A DNA stretch of 64,000 bases from Schizochytrium sp. TIO01 (GCA_004764695.1 SMSO01000031.1:8848761-8912760); one strand, 5' to 3'; positions 20,259 through 34,152 are shown, counted from the stretch's first letter. The notes: generated by a model not told the origin, from the letters alone. Made by a program: numbers and translations.

Positions 20259-23200
20259 CTTCTTTGTATATCCACGCTCTTGAATTCTTGCAGCAAAGGC
20301 ATTTCGAGTTGACGAGCTTTGGGGCTTTCGAATTACAGCACTCAGTCACTCGCACCTCAAAAGCTTACGGCGGGCAGAGATCGATAGATATATATAATAT
20401 GTCAAGCAGGGTCGAGAATACTTTAAAGCATGAGCCTTCAAGATAGATGTCTGCTGCCTTCAGAAGCTGCTTTCAGATAACAAATTCGCCGTCGTTTTCG
20501 ACGATGAGTGACAACTTTGGAGGCATCTACCTGAAGCAATTCGGTGTTACATTCCTTTTTCCTATCCATGCAAATGAATCGTGACACCACTTTCAGAGGA
20601 TCAATCTGCACTAGCATGGCAGCAGTTTAGTAAATGGTATTCTGCTTGCCATGTGCTTTGCTTTGAGGTATACGAATAAGACAGCAAAACTTCAATTTTG
20701 GAGAAGAAATCAATAAACCCTTCGCTTCTGTCATCGGAGCCGGTCCTCTTCAAGTTTGCTTTTGTTTGTTCTTAGTTTTGTGGTTTAATGTTCCTTCTTC
20801 ATGGTGCAGGTGGTAGCAAATCAACTTTTGAAATTGAAATTTAATTAAAAGGTAGATTTGATGACCACTTTTTGTTTATTTATTTATTTTTAAATATAAA
20901 ATTTTAAAATAATAAATAAATTAAATTAAAAGCTTTTGAGAAGCAAAACAAAATATGCATCTCTGAAATCTTCAAGAAAAACTTGCGCGTGGATGTGCGT
21001 GGGCAGTAGCTCGGTGTCTGTCGTACGCATGCTTGCAGAGAAGCGGCATTCAAAGCTCGTTGAAGCGAGATTGCCAATCGGCAAATACTCAATGAGGCCG
21101 CATTTTCCAGAGAGCCCAAGAGCAAATAACTCCAAGATCTCCCTTCCGCCTATATTTAGCAGGGCTCCTTCCTTTCTCTAGCTAGAGCATCACAATTTAT
21201 TGTTTCTTTTCTTTTTTCTTTTTTCTTTTTTCTTTCTTTCTTATGATCATCGCGAGTGGAGGCGAGAAAAAGAAAAAGAATAAGAAAAAGAAAAACATTC
21301 ACTGCCAAGTTAATGAATCGTGACTCTCGTTGAGGTGATAAATAAATGATAGATAAATAATTAAATTAATAAATGCAAAGCGCGCTTGGAAGCCAAAACT
21401 GCGGTGGCAATAACATGGACGACCTTCAAGCTCGCCCCGATTGCGCTGCTGTTGTGAAGATTGTGCCTGTTCACGGCGCATTCACTGCTAGCTCGAGCAG
21501 CGGCCGGCTCTAGAGCACCAGCAGCTTCCACGAAGGGGAGAAATTGCATACTGTAGCAGTTTTCATGCCGCAAGCTGAGATCGCTCTTCCGTAGAGCATA
21601 TAAATCATCTTTGCCGAGCAAGCTCGAGACACCAACCAAGAACAACGATGTCAACAGCAGGTTCGTGTTCACCTGCCGAAGGTCCGTGCGCAGGGCCCTT
21701 GAACCCCAAGCAGGCAGGTGATGGCTGCGAGAAGGTCTAGTCAGCGCACTGTGACGCTCGCTGTATTCTCTCTCTCCGGGCGCTTCCTCCTGCTCATGCC
21801 TGATCTGCGCTGTGCTCATCGCCGCCTGCTTTCAGGCGTGCGTGCGTGGCTTGGCTTGAGCTAGACAAAGGTTCACAGCACCGCAGAGACGCTGGCAGCC
21901 GTCTCGTTCTCGAGCCGCAAACATGAGCATTATTGCGCAGGGCCAGCATTACGGCCGTCAAGCTCGCTCCACAACTCGAGAAAGCTGCCAAAGGTGTGCT
22001 ACAAATCGAACAAAACACAGACTTTGGGCAGCCGTCATCGCTCTCGAGCGAGAGCAGATCTAAGGCAGACTCCGGTTTGTTGAGAACAGCTGCGCCATTC
22101 GGGGTGCTGCACTGAGATCCCAAGCAAGCAAGCAAGCAAGCTTTGCTTTCGTGTGCGTGTGTACGTGCGTGAGCGAGTGAGTGTTCTGCCTGACCCTTGG
22201 GCGTTCTCGTTCGCAGCGGCAAGTGCTTGCAAGCTCATGATTGATTGATTGCACGCAAGGCAAGTAAGCATTAACGGAGACATACAGACTCGTGCGTGGT
22301 ACGCTACGCAGCGTTTTAGCAACGCCGGGAACTTTGTCACGACCGCTGGAAGCGTTCTCAGTTGCCGTGAAAGAAAGAAAAAGAAAGAGAGAACTTTTCA
22401 AGCTGCCAACTTGAAAGCGGCACTTGCTTTTAAGGTGAAGTTTCGCTGTGCATAGTACGATATTTTATTTTTACTCTTGTTCATTGATCTGACTGCTTGA
22501 GTCAAGCTCAAGTTCAAGTCATTCACCTAGCTAGAGACAGATCATGGTTCTTCCTGGTCTGTTTGCTATCTATGAGTTCCTTCATCGCGCTGAGTCCTGT
22601 CGAACATCATGATGGCATATTTTAATCTTCAGATAACCTAAGAATCTGTGAATTGGAGGAGAATAAGAGTTATCATCTAACTCGAACTATTTTAGCTTCA
22701 TTAAAGAAATTAAAGCAAGCGACAAAGAACATCCAAAAGTATACAATGAACAAAAGAGAAAGCTCGCGGGGTCTAGCATACATACAGTATGTAGGTGCTA
22801 AAGACAGAAGAGGTAGTTGGAGTCAGAAGTTGGAATCCTGAGAAGCGGAAGTTCTCTACACCAAGAAACTTACATCGCCGTAACATGCCACTTCTCTCAT
22901 GACTTAGTTAACAGAGGAGATCGCGAGAACCTGTTAATTAATCTGCTGTCTAAGCCTGTCAAACAGAGCCGTGAGAGCCGTGGCTCATTGGAAACGGTGA
23001 GGGCGACGGCGACATTTCCCAGAATGTTGCGAGGTCCTCGTGTGACTCGCGTCTACCTTGGTCACCTGCCAGAAGCTAACTGTGCATGAATGGAGTAGTT
23101 CGTGGTCCACTCATTTCGCTTCACAGAGACGATGGTGCCTTACCTTAAGCTGTTGTTTCTTCAGGTTGCCTGATCAATCAGTTGATCGATTGTGAGAGAT

Positions 23201-26200
23201 CTCTCTCTCGCAGACAGAAAACGAGGCCGTCATTGTTTGACTTGAAAGCTGCAGGTCAACCTGGCAAGAGAACTCGTGAGCTATTTTGTTGAAATGTCAA
23301 GCAAAGCAAAGCTAAGCGAAGGGATTTGATTTGATTGAGCCAATTGAACTCGTGGCTTTTCATCAAAGTTCGCGCACATTGATCATCAGCTCTCCTCATT
23401 GCGGTCTGTGCCTAGTTATACCCAACCCACCTTCTCCTTCTGCTGCAGCCGCAGCTGCAAACCCATTTTGATTCATGATGTGATGCTTCACAGACCCTCC
23501 ATTTGCATACATTGATTGCAGTGGTGGAAAGACTTCTGCTTTCAGTGAGTTATTCATTAGCCATTGGACTGTGACATTCTCTTGTTCTGCAGTACTATAG
23601 TAAATATTTGTCTTAATCCTGCGTATTCAAGTTATGAATTTTTTCATAACATGAACGAGAAAGTGCTTTTTGCTATCTCATGTGTATCCAGAAGAGTCAT
23701 GCGGAGAAAGATAAGGAGTTTAGAGAAGAGAAAAAACTTCACCTCCTCGATTTCACGGCTTAGCTTTTCGTTGTACTATTCTTTAGCCTCGTCAAGGTTT
23801 GCCTCTAGAGTTAGTTTTATATGAAGTGGCACATTCATCATCTTGTTTGTGGAGGAAAAAGAAGCCTGCGCACTTTCCTTTTTCTTAAACTTTTATAAAA
23901 GTAAATTAATAACTTGAATATGTATATGAAGAGATGAAACAAAGCTCTACAAATGGAAAGTTGAAGGAAGGATGAAATAAAAGAAAGATCATCCTCGCCT
24001 CTGCTATAAACCCAGGCAGCTTTCGCGCCAGAGTCGTTAGAAACTGCAATGTAAAGATTTCCTTCGTGGGAGCATGAAGGGGACGAAACTGCGGTGGACC
24101 TTTGACCAAAGCTGAAGCTGCTGTATTTGCTATATTTGCTGTATTTGCTATTTTTTATTTTTTGTTTTTAAAATAAGTATTTTGTTTTTACAATTGAATA
24201 AGAAAGAAAAGAATAAAAAGGCATTATTGTGGATTTCCATTTGTTTAGATTTTTATTTATTTTTAAAGCCACTAGTACGTGTAGTAAAGCGCTATGCACT
24301 AGCTACAGTAGATATTAAGTAGGTGAAGCCCTGGGAGCCACTCATCTTCGTTCGCTGCCAGAGCGAGCTCGCACACACGGATACCGGAATTGCTAGAAGC
24401 TCTTTAGAGAAAGAAGGCAGCACGTACGAGAGAGATATGTGCTTCGACTTGAAGATCCATTCAAACAAACAAGCGAGTGAAAGGGTTGAATGAGGTTGTA
24501 GAGTATCAGCAAAGAAGAAAGTGCTTCTTGGATGAAGACACCTTGAAGTAGCTATGGAGGCATTTCATTCACCAACCAGCTTGTTGAAAGAGGGGACCAA
24601 GGAGAAGATGATTGCAGGGGAGCAGAACCTGGCACGGAGTTTGAAGCAAGGACGTTTGAGGTCTTGAGACCTGTGCGAGAAGAGATATTTGGAAATGTTG
24701 ATCCTTGAAAACTCATCTCTAGAATTAAGCGTGGAGCTCAAAGTTACTGGTACAAGCTCAAGTTGTAAAGTTGATTTAGACTAGATCATCAGCACTGCAG
24801 TCAGTCTTCAAAATTATCTTGGCAGACTCTCCTAGCAGCAGCCTTTTACAATTGGAAGAATGGATGCTGAGATGTGTTTTTCTTATTGAAAATTTTCCAA
24901 TCGATCACTTTCTTTGGAGAAACAGATCCTTCAGAATAAAAATGTAAAGCAAAGGATCTAGCTGAAAATTCGAAACAGGTTGATCAAGAGCAGACGTGTC
25001 TTGAAGAGTCGTCATTGTGCTACTTACATCCTTGAACATGGTGAGTTATACTGCATCTTGGTTTTCTGAAATTTATTGGACTCTGGCTTCGGTTCATTGA
25101 ATTGAGTTGTACCTAGCCAGTCCCTCTGGACGGTACAGAATGTACATTAGCTGTTTAAATTGAGACGCTGTGACTTTGGTGGCAATCGAGTTTGTTTCCT
25201 TAGAGCCCGTGTACATAAGTCGATTCCTTTCGCAGAACCCCCCTTTCAAACCATGGACAGAAACCAGGGAATATAGTATTATGATGCAACGTTCACATCT
25301 ATGTCCATTTTCCCGTTTGTTTTGCCGAGAAAACTTTCACAACGTGCAGGTCGCTTCAGAGCAACTGCTGCGCTGATTCTACTCCAGCTTAAACCTATTT
25401 TGAGAGTGCTTAGTACGTAGGCAAGACCTTGAATTAAAAGTTGTTATCAAGAAATCTGTTGTTGGTGAGAGCATCGGAAAATGACGATGGTGATTGACTT
25501 TTGAATGTTTATGTACCTGCTTGTTTTGCTTACTTGCTAAAGATCAAACAAGCCCACTTTTCGCCCACGAGCCTTCACGTGGTGCTACGTCCGAGCTTTG
25601 TGCGATCCCGGGGTCTTCTTGAACCCCAGAATTACCTACGAACAGAACTTGCGCGAGAGAGGCTCATAAACTAAAAGTGAACCCGACTCCCTAAGAAACC
25701 AGCATAAAGATATTGAGGCAAAATCGTCCTCGGCTCACAGGTACAAAAGAAGAAGCCTGATGGCCAGTTGAGTGAAGCTTCAAGGCGAGACATCCGACTC
25801 GCTTCTCCATAAGTGATCCACAGAGCGACCAAAGTCCTTCATAATGATCGCTGCATCACCTATCGCTTAGTACCCTGGCTCAGAGAAGACGAAGGTTTGA
25901 TTGTTGTAAACCCAAAGCATCGTCATCGCTTGTTAGGTACTATTGTGATAAACAAAGTGTGGCGTTGCGAATGCGAAGAAGAACTCTGGAAGGGGAGAAG
26001 AACATTAAGAAAAACATGACGACGAGATCTTGAAAACTTTACATTCCTCTCATGAATTGATGACTATTTTTTCTTTGAAGATAAAATTTAATTAATTGAA
26101 AAAGCAACTCAACAATAAACAATAAATAAATAAACAAATAAATAAATAAATGCCTGATGCCTATATTTAGCACTAGAATGCTCCTAGAAAAGCGAAATAA

Positions 26201-27639
26201 CTTGAAAACAATATACGAGAAAAGGAGTGCAATGAGTGAGACTCTTGAAAAGCTCGGGCAGAGGCTTTGTTTGTTTGTTTGTTTCTTCTTTCATGTGGGC
26301 GGGCGCCGGTGTCGCCAGAGCCGAAAGGCGTAGGGCCGAGTTAAGAGTGGCGTCTCTGCGTCTACGTCCTTCTGCATTTCTTCGCCTCCCTTGGGCGCCC
26401 AAGCTTCATCAGCAAGAGGAGATGAAAACTCGCAGTAAACTCGCTTAGTTTTTCTTTATTTCCCTCATGTTTCTTCTTCTACGATGACCATATTTTGTTG
26501 TTGCTACTTTATTTTATAATTATTAATTCATTTGATTAAAAAACAAAAACTAAATAGTTGTTGCTGTTGTTCTTTTGTTCTGCTCTGCTGGCCGCACTTT
26601 TTTCTTCTACCTTCGAAGGTTATGGTTTTCTTTCTTGAAATCTACACGTCTCTTCAGTTTCCGCATTAGCTTCTTACTCCCCTGGCGGTGACCCGTGCCT
26701 TTACGCAGCTTTCAAGAGACGGCCCCTTTTGCTGCAGCTCATTCGTCTCAAAACTTGTCGCCGCTCCTTTCTCGATACAGCGGCGCGCTTCCTCAAAGTA
26801 GGCCAAATCCCCAGCAAGTGACTTATAATCCTATAACCAACTTGTACCTCCATTCTTCACTTACGGCAAGTGGGTTATCCGCAGCCAGCGGGCACTGAGG
26901 CGCCGAATGCGTGGTGGCCGCGAATGGCTGCCATGCAGTAGCAGTCATCTACTGCTTGCTAGCGAGCTCCCTTTCTCTCTTTCTCACTCGGCGTCATGCA
27001 AAATAAACGAAGGCATTTGGAGATTTCTCGCTGGAAAGGGGGTAAAGCCAACCAGAGCTGTGCAAAGTAAGCCGACTCGAAGGCAAAGAGGGCCACAGCG
27101 GCGTCCCGCGAGGAATAAGTCTACGAACATTTTGACGCGGAGTGGTCTTTGCACCTTGAAGATGATCCTCGATCTCTGGTTCACTCATTCCGGCTTCGTT
27201 TTCCCAAGGGGCGAGTGGTAGTCTTTTGGGTATGTAGTGCCTACGTGAGTTAATTGTTTTATTTCTTTATTTAATTTTAAAAAAAGAAAAAGAAAAAAGA
27301 AAAAGGAAACTTGAAAGAAAGAAAGAAAGAAGATTTATATTGCTTCATCTTTTTCTTTCATGGCGAAGTGTTTTAGCAAAACATGGATGTCTGGGATCCT
27401 CGTCTCGAGAGCAAATAATGGGCTCTCGGAGCTGATGCTTGGCCCTCACTGCTGGCCATCGTGCATCAGCCTGGGTGCACGCTGGCCAGCTTGCGTGGGT
27501 TGAGTCAACTCGAATCCCACATTCAATACCAAGAGATGGGAAAGAAAACAAAGTTTTGCAATTGTTCGTAGTTCTCTTTCGCGCAGTAGCTTCCTTTTCT
27601 GATGCCATTCATTATTTTTAACTACGAAAGGAAAGACAG

Positions 27640-27806
27640 GAATGGGAGAGAAAGAGAGAAAAGTTTAAATGGTTCTTGAGAGAGTGAGTGACTGAGAGAG
27701 AGATAGAGAGAGAAAGGGAGAAAGAAAGAAAGGAAGAAAGAAAGGCTTTTGCAGCTCAGAGGAAAGCAAAGCAAAGCAAAGCAAAGCAAAGCAAAGCAAA
27801 GCAAGC
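27640..27806. repeat. Purine-rich tract plus (AAAGC)n microsatellite just upstream of GGC1
   Basis: GA-rich run at 27640-27745, then about 8 AAAGC units from 27763. Confidence 0.85.
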
Positions 27807-27862
27807 AATTCCCAATCAACCAAACACACCGCCTCCAACCAGCCTTCCAAGCTACGTCCAAG

Positions 27863-28816
27863 ATGGCCTTCCGCTCTGAGTCCCAGCACGGCGTTGTCGC
27901 CTGCTCTGCCGCCCCCTCCGGCGGCTCCACCTCGGCCCGCCTCATCGGTGGTGCTGCCGCTGGTGTGAGTGAGATCCTCATCTTCCACAGCGTGGACACC
28001 GTGGCTAAGCGCCTCATGTTCTCCAAGGTCAACGTGCGTGGCGCCAACTTTGCCGAGACCATGGCCAACACCAACGCCGTCGTCTTCCGTGAGGCCGCCA
28101 ACGAGCCCAACTTCTTCACCAAGTTCCGCAGCCTCTACCCCGGTCTCGGATTCGCCGCTGCCTACAAGATCTCCCAGCGCATCTACAAGTTTGGTGGCCA
28201 GCCCATCGTGCGCGACTTCATCAACAACAACTACGGTGAGAACTTCACCGGTACCTTCGGTGAGCGTACCGGCAAGACCCTTGCCTCTGCCTGCGCCGGC
28301 TCCCTCATGGGTATTGGTGAGGTTGCTCTCCTCCCCCTCGACGTGCTCAAGATCAAGTCGCAGACCGCCCCCGAGACCCTCAAGGGCCGTGGCATCATCG
28401 ACCTCGTGCAGAAGGAGGGATTCGGACTCTACCGTGGTGCCAGCTGGACCGTTCTCCGCAACGCCCCCGGTTCCTTCGCCCTCTTCGGTGGCTCTGCCGT
28501 GACCCACCATGGCATCTTCGGCCTCGACAACCCCAAGGATGCCACCGTCTTCCAGAACTTCGTTGCCTCCATCGTTGGTGCCATCACCTCCATCACCGTG
28601 GCCAGCCCCGTCGATGTGATCAAGACCCGCATCCAGTCCCGCCCCTTCGACTCCCCCGAATCTGGTTTCCAGATCATCAAGAACGCTCTCCGCGACGAGG
28701 GCTTCACTGCCTTCTTCAAGGGTCTCACCCCCAAGATCCTTGTCGTCGGCCCCAAGCTCATCTTCTCCTTCACCGTCGCCCAGAGTGTCATGAACTTCTT
28801 CGAGCGCCGCATGTAA
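27863..28816 (+). CDS. GGC1: Mitochondrial GTP/GDP carrier (SLC25 family, Ggc1/Yhm1-like)
   Basis: ATG at 27863. Segments ARLIGGAAAGVSEILIFHSVDTVAKRLM, SLYPGLGFAAAYKISQRIYKFGGQP, GIGEVALLPLDVLKIK and RNAPGSFALFGG closely follow yeast Ggc1 as I recall it. Three carrier repeats and strong C-ending codon bias. Confidence 0.92.
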   Translation: MAFRSESQHGVVACSAAPSGGSTSARLIGGAAAGVSEILIFHSVDTVAKRLMFSKVNVRGANFAETMANTNAVVFREAANEPNFFTKFRSLYPGLGFAAAYKISQRIYKFGGQPIVRDFINNNYGENFTGTFGERTGKTLASACAGSLMGIGEVALLPLDVLKIKSQTAPETLKGRGIIDLVQKEGFGLYRGASWTVLRNAPGSFALFGGSAVTHHGIFGLDNPKDATVFQNFVASIVGAITSITVASPVDVIKTRIQSRPFDSPESGFQIIKNALRDEGFTAFFKGLTPKILVVGPKLIFSFTVAQSVMNFFERRM

Positions 28817-31329
28817 GTCGGAAGCTTCTCTCTAAAGTGCGCTCCGTGATCATGCATTCTGCTACGAGTACGAACGATCTTTGCAACCCCGTTAATAAGA
28901 TCTCTCATCCACTCAACTATTCATGATACTCGCTGACCAGGACAGCAAGATATACAGGCCGTGGTAACATGTGCTGTACTTAGGGGAGGATACAGCAGCG
29001 AGCACGGTGCATGCGTGTGCGGAGCTGCCTAGATCTGACCTTTATCAAATAGACATCTCTTGTTGCATCGCCAGAAGGAGCTCTGTCGCCGCACTTTTGC
29101 CGCTGCCTGCATTTGCCAATCGTGATAACCCCCTCCTCCCGAGTCCTCAACTTTTCCCAACTCAATCAAATGCCATCATTCCATATTCCCCTGCCGTCAA
29201 AATCTCTACAAACTCGTCTTCTACACGAGTAGGAAAGAGCAGTTAAGCTACGATAGCTAACTTTCCTGCCATCGATCATACTCGCGTTTTGACTACGACG
29301 TCTACGAAAACTACTTACTTGATCTCAAGCAACATCGCTACTGGGCATTCATCCTGCCCTCTCCCCGAGGTGTGTGTTTTTAAACTTTTAACTAAACCCG
29401 TGTCGGTTCTGCATATATATGTCGCTTGCATTAGGACTTTCCCGAACGTTTCTGTTCATGTATTCTATAAGAATTGCCTACTCCTTGTGTCATTTGATGC
29501 TCCTCTAATTTCCAAGAATACGATGTTCTTTCGCCCACCTCCGAATCTCGGTAGTTGATGGTTCTGGTTCTAGTCAATTTCTACTCTTGACTTGACCTTT
29601 CTTTAATAAATAAAATTTAAATTGAGAAGCTTGAATCTAAGTTAGTAAACCATGACTGAAATGAAATAGAGCATTGGGAGCCTGAAGACTTCATGCTCAA
29701 ATTAGCCCCAGAAATATCTTCTCAGTTAGTTTCGTTAGGGCTGCATATTGTTAGACCGTGCAATCGATCCTCTAAATTTGTTTTCGTTTAGTTTGCTAAC
29801 CTTTTAAAAGTTGAAGAACCTTAAATGTCTTCTCCATGAAGGCAAAGAGCTGTATTTAGCCTCTTTACTGACAGATGAGATATCGTCTCCCTCTCAAAAA
29901 CAAAGATGCCGCCACAACCCAATATATACTTGCCTGTATTATTGTTACGCCAAAAACAAATTTCTAAGACTGATATTTCATAACTTCATTTTGCAAAGTG
30001 GAAATTAAATGCAGACGTATTAAGCTTAGGTTGCTCGTTAGTCCCTAAGTTAGCTTGTTATTTAGAATCACTACTACACAAAAGAGGCAAAATTGAGTAC
30101 CATTTAACATCTGGTTAGCTTCGCATTCGTACAACGGCTTCAAAAAACAAAGCTGAGATAGACAATATGCAAACAAGATTCTGCAAGAGCTTGGAGTGGG
30201 AGAAGACACCGTGTTCGTTTACAAGAGCTCAGGACGACAGTCAATTCACAAATTATGTGCCAGGTTTTGTTACAGTTATAATTATAAGACTAGAGATGAA
30301 TTCGATTAGGTATGGACCAGCAATTTAACAAATAAGAACAAAGTTATCACAGCTTCCGTGTGTTCAATACATGTTTGAAGCCTTACTAATTTGACCCCTA
30401 TGGGACGAGAACTCGCATAGGATTAGAATTTATTCGACCAGAGAATGATTTAAAGTTAGGATTTGCGATACTGAGAGGTAAAACAGCCACAGCACTATGC
30501 CATGACATCGCAAGGCTTTTAAGGAACACCTTTGTGGCCGTTCAACATGGTGATATGCTAGTTAATATGGCATGCGCTTGTGTCAGGAATCGAAGGGAAT
30601 GAAGCAAGCCTTATGATGAGTTTGCAAGGCAATCCTACAGCAGATTAGAATTGATCCAACTAACTATAGTTACCCAATACAAGTATGAACCCTAGCTTTA
30701 ATAATAACTAGCCACAAGAATCTACGACATTTTTCCTTATCACCTCTCAGCAATCATAACCACGTTTCATTAGAGAGTGGGTGTATATATATATACATGA
30801 CACATACCAAATCTACATAACTCAATTAAATGCGTTAAGAATCAGCCCAAATTGGTATTAATTTACAAGAAGATATTTTTCTCCATCTAAAATTTAAATT
30901 GTTAGGCTTTCCTCAAACTTTTCGAGAGTCTTTTCTTCACTTTGCATTTGAAGTTGATTAGAGCGCAGCATTTTACATGTATTAATTCGCAAGTGCTGAG
31001 GCTAATTTGACTGAGAATATTCATTCACGATAGATACCAAACCTGGTATAATTTCCAAGGCCTTGTGTTTTAAACATGAAAGGATTTAAACTTTCTGTGT
31101 GTTGCTGATTTTTTCAAAATGCAACAGGCAATTGAAACACGTAAATAAAGAACATACTATTATTATATCTTGAAGACAACTGGTACATTATTGATGGATA
31201 TAGGATGTCATTTTGGTGCCGACGGCATATCTCTTTATTTTAGACCTGCATAAATACAAAGTTTGCTTCAACTTATACTGTGTTGTCCAAGTTTGTGTAA
31301 ACGAGTTAGCGTTTTCATGGTGGCAATGG

Positions 31330-31901
31330 TGTACCTTTGATAAGACCCAAAATCTTCAAAGGTAGGTCTTGAAGATCCATCTTCTGCCCTTTTACAGCAA
31401 CATGTTTTTCTTTATAGTGCTCAATGAAAGCTTTAATATTGTTGGTAATTTTTAAAAGGGGATTTACAGGTCTCTATGATATCAATTTCTATAGCCCTAC
31501 CCAAACGGGAGCAACTGAACAGTTGATCATCCCACGCTAGTTAATACACAACTTCCTAAACTATAAGGATGTTGATTGATTTCTTCTAACTTTTTTCTTG
31601 CCGGTTTACGCAGAGTTTCAGACCTCTATTACGCCTTTTAATCAAGTTTTAGTACACATTCTTTGCAATAGAAAAGGCACGTCTATATAATCGCTGCTTT
31701 AATATAGTTTTGTGCTAAAGTAGATTTGCTTCTTCAAGACAAAGTTTCGTTGAACATAAAAACTGAAAACTATGTTCGAGTCCCCTCCAATGAGTACTAC
31801 CTGGAACTCCGCACTTTTAACCTCAATCATAAGCTCAACGATCTTCTTTCCACTTTGTTCTTACTCTGCGCAGAATAACCCCCAGTAATATTATCAGGTC
31901 G
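31330..31901 (-). pseudogene. Possible decayed PD-(D/E)XK nuclease plus kinase relic
   Basis: Minus-strand fragments RPD..(frameshift)..SGKKIVELMIEVKS and, further downstream, KAFIEHYKEKHVAVK, among many stops. Confidence 0.25.
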
Positions 31902-33398
31902 TTGAAGTGTGAAACTGCATATATAGAACTGCGCCTCTTCCTAAATACTTTTCAAGGTGTCTGCACGGTCTTGTAAAACGATTAAGCTTTAAATCGTACT
32001 GTTAGTTTTTATTTTTTCTCCAATCACTGTAGATAAGCTCTCATGACTCTTACACATCGTAAGCAAGCATGAATAAATATTTGCATAGAAATCGAATCAA
32101 AATGACAACACCAAGTCCTGCTCCAAGTTGACATGCTGCATCAAAGAAAGCAGATCTAGACAGACGAGTTAGGCTATCGATCCCTTATCTTTAGAAAATT
32201 GGCTCTTTATGATGTGAATAACTTTTCTATACTCACCATCTCTATAAAAGTAGACCAGGGAGGCAATTCCAGCTCCAAGGAAAAGTGCTTACTTAATTGA
32301 TGCTCTCGCCCCTCCCCCCCCCCCCCCCAAAGGGATTGCTCTCTCTGTTAAATTAAATGACTCCTTTCTAATTTTTTTAAATAACAGGTCCTCATATAAC
32401 AGCAGACTACAAGGCTTTTAGAGCCTAGTAATTTGCGGTAGGGCCTATAAAGTTTATATCTTCGCTTTCAATTCAACATTGTGTTTTTGTGGTAGGTATG
32501 CCGTAAGGCATATACTTACAAATGCTTATGAGAAATTATAATACAGAGATCATTTCGGCAGTTCTTCACCCGCTTCGCTAACTGCGGCTCAGCAGCCGCG
32601 TTTCCCATATTACATTATCACTACTGCAAGAAAAAGGTGCTCAAGCCACTCCTTACTTTCTCCATATATACTGATTAATTCCCCAAATACTACGTATGTT
32701 TGATGTGGTAAAGTTCCATCGATAATCAAGTTGCCACACCCATTTTCCGCGGTTCCCATTGTTCTTTGTTTTTTTTAAATCATGTCCGAGCTATTTATAG
32801 TTTTCAACAACTCCTTCCTCTTCACGTTTCCACTATATATTATAATTAATTTCTCTCCATTCCCTGCTTTCACGATTTCGTTTATCGCAGTCACAGCCTT
32901 CTCTGTTATGGTAAAGTAATAATAACAACTACTACTAGAACAGCAAACCATGTAATGACTCTCCTTGTGCCATCTAACGCGAGATCCGTTGAGCTAAATG
33001 GAGCTTAGGGAACCTTTAAGGGGAAACGGTAAGAGGGTGTGCACTAGCGCGGAGGCGTTGAGCCGGTGCCAAATATTATGGAAAAGCATAAGTGAGTAGC
33101 TGGACTCGGGTACGCTACTTGAAGTCAGGCTTGGATTGTAGGTTCTGCAAGGACGAGGGGTGAATGTAATAACAAGAGCCTGAACCACTACGTTGTGGCA
33201 AAGTTTAGGGCGAGCGCTAGACTTCTTGGAGCGCCCAGTGTACAAAGCGGACACACGGGCGACCAAGTTGATCTGGCTGCTACTTGATTGTTGCGTAGCA
33301 GGCAAGCTCTGTTTAAGTTGGAGGCAGTACTTGCAACTGGTGAACAATCGAAAAGGACAACCAAGACTTTAAAAAGGGTTTGCATTACTTTGTTGTGA

Positions 33399-33469
33399 CT
33401 GCTGGCGCTGCTGGCGCTGCTGGCGCTGCTGGCGCTGCTGGCGCTGCTGGAGCTGCTGGCGCTGGCGCT
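33399..33469. repeat. 9-bp tandem repeat (GCTGGCGCT)n, about 7 copies
   Basis: Read directly. Encodes (AGA)n on + or (PAA)n on -, within stop-interrupted frames. Confidence 0.9.
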
Positions 33470-34152
33470 TCTACTCTCGTACTAGTTCCAAGTTACTTTT
33501 GCGGATTAGCATACGCTATTTCACCTCTTGGCTCCTTCTGGTGTACATCCTCTTCGTTTTGTATACCTGGATTCTTAGTTAGCCATCAGCACCTTGAAGG
33601 CAAGGACTCAATCAACGTGGATAGTCCAACAACGTGCTGCGTGAGAAGACGCCATACACATAGCTGTGGAGATCAAGATTAAGACTCAGTAACTCTAAGA
33701 AACTGGGCTAAAGACAGACTTTGATCTAATCGATCTGCGTAATCTTCGATCAATAGCATCTGAAACCTAGAATCCAGCGATTGGCCTCCGAGCGACAATC
33801 TCGTTGAGCAGCTTAACATTTGAAAGGCCAGCTGGCGTGCCTTGTCTCATACATAAAGGGCGTATAGGATACGCACGCCGGCAGGTAGCTTCTTTTTATT
33901 GATTTCGTTGCAGAGGTAGTGTACACCAGAGAGACACCATCTGAGGTCGATCATCTTGAAGCATTTCATTCTTTCCAGTTCTGTTTATCATTGTACTTCC
34001 AGGCAGAGTAAAACAATAAGGTTTAAGCGCTGCGCAGCAAAGTAACACAACAATTTTTTCGCAGTTTCCTTTGAAATTGCGAATCAACGCCCTAGGGTGC
34101 AGCCATAGACGGCTTTTCCAAAAAGGGCGCAAATCTTGCTTTAGAAAGTATC

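Noticed and set aside
17757-22455. Several 100-150 aa ORFs in GC-rich blocks
   Set aside because: Mostly non-ATG starts, overlapping on both strands, no domain motifs or codon bias.
27749-27862. N-terminal extension of the carrier (KQSKAKQSKA)
   Set aside because: Translation of the (AAAGC)n repeat from a TTG start. The ATG at 27863 fits the family.
27665-28510. 281-aa minus-strand ORF and other ORFs overlapping GGC1
   Set aside because: Shadow or alternate frames of a codon-biased gene, extended by microsatellite sequence.
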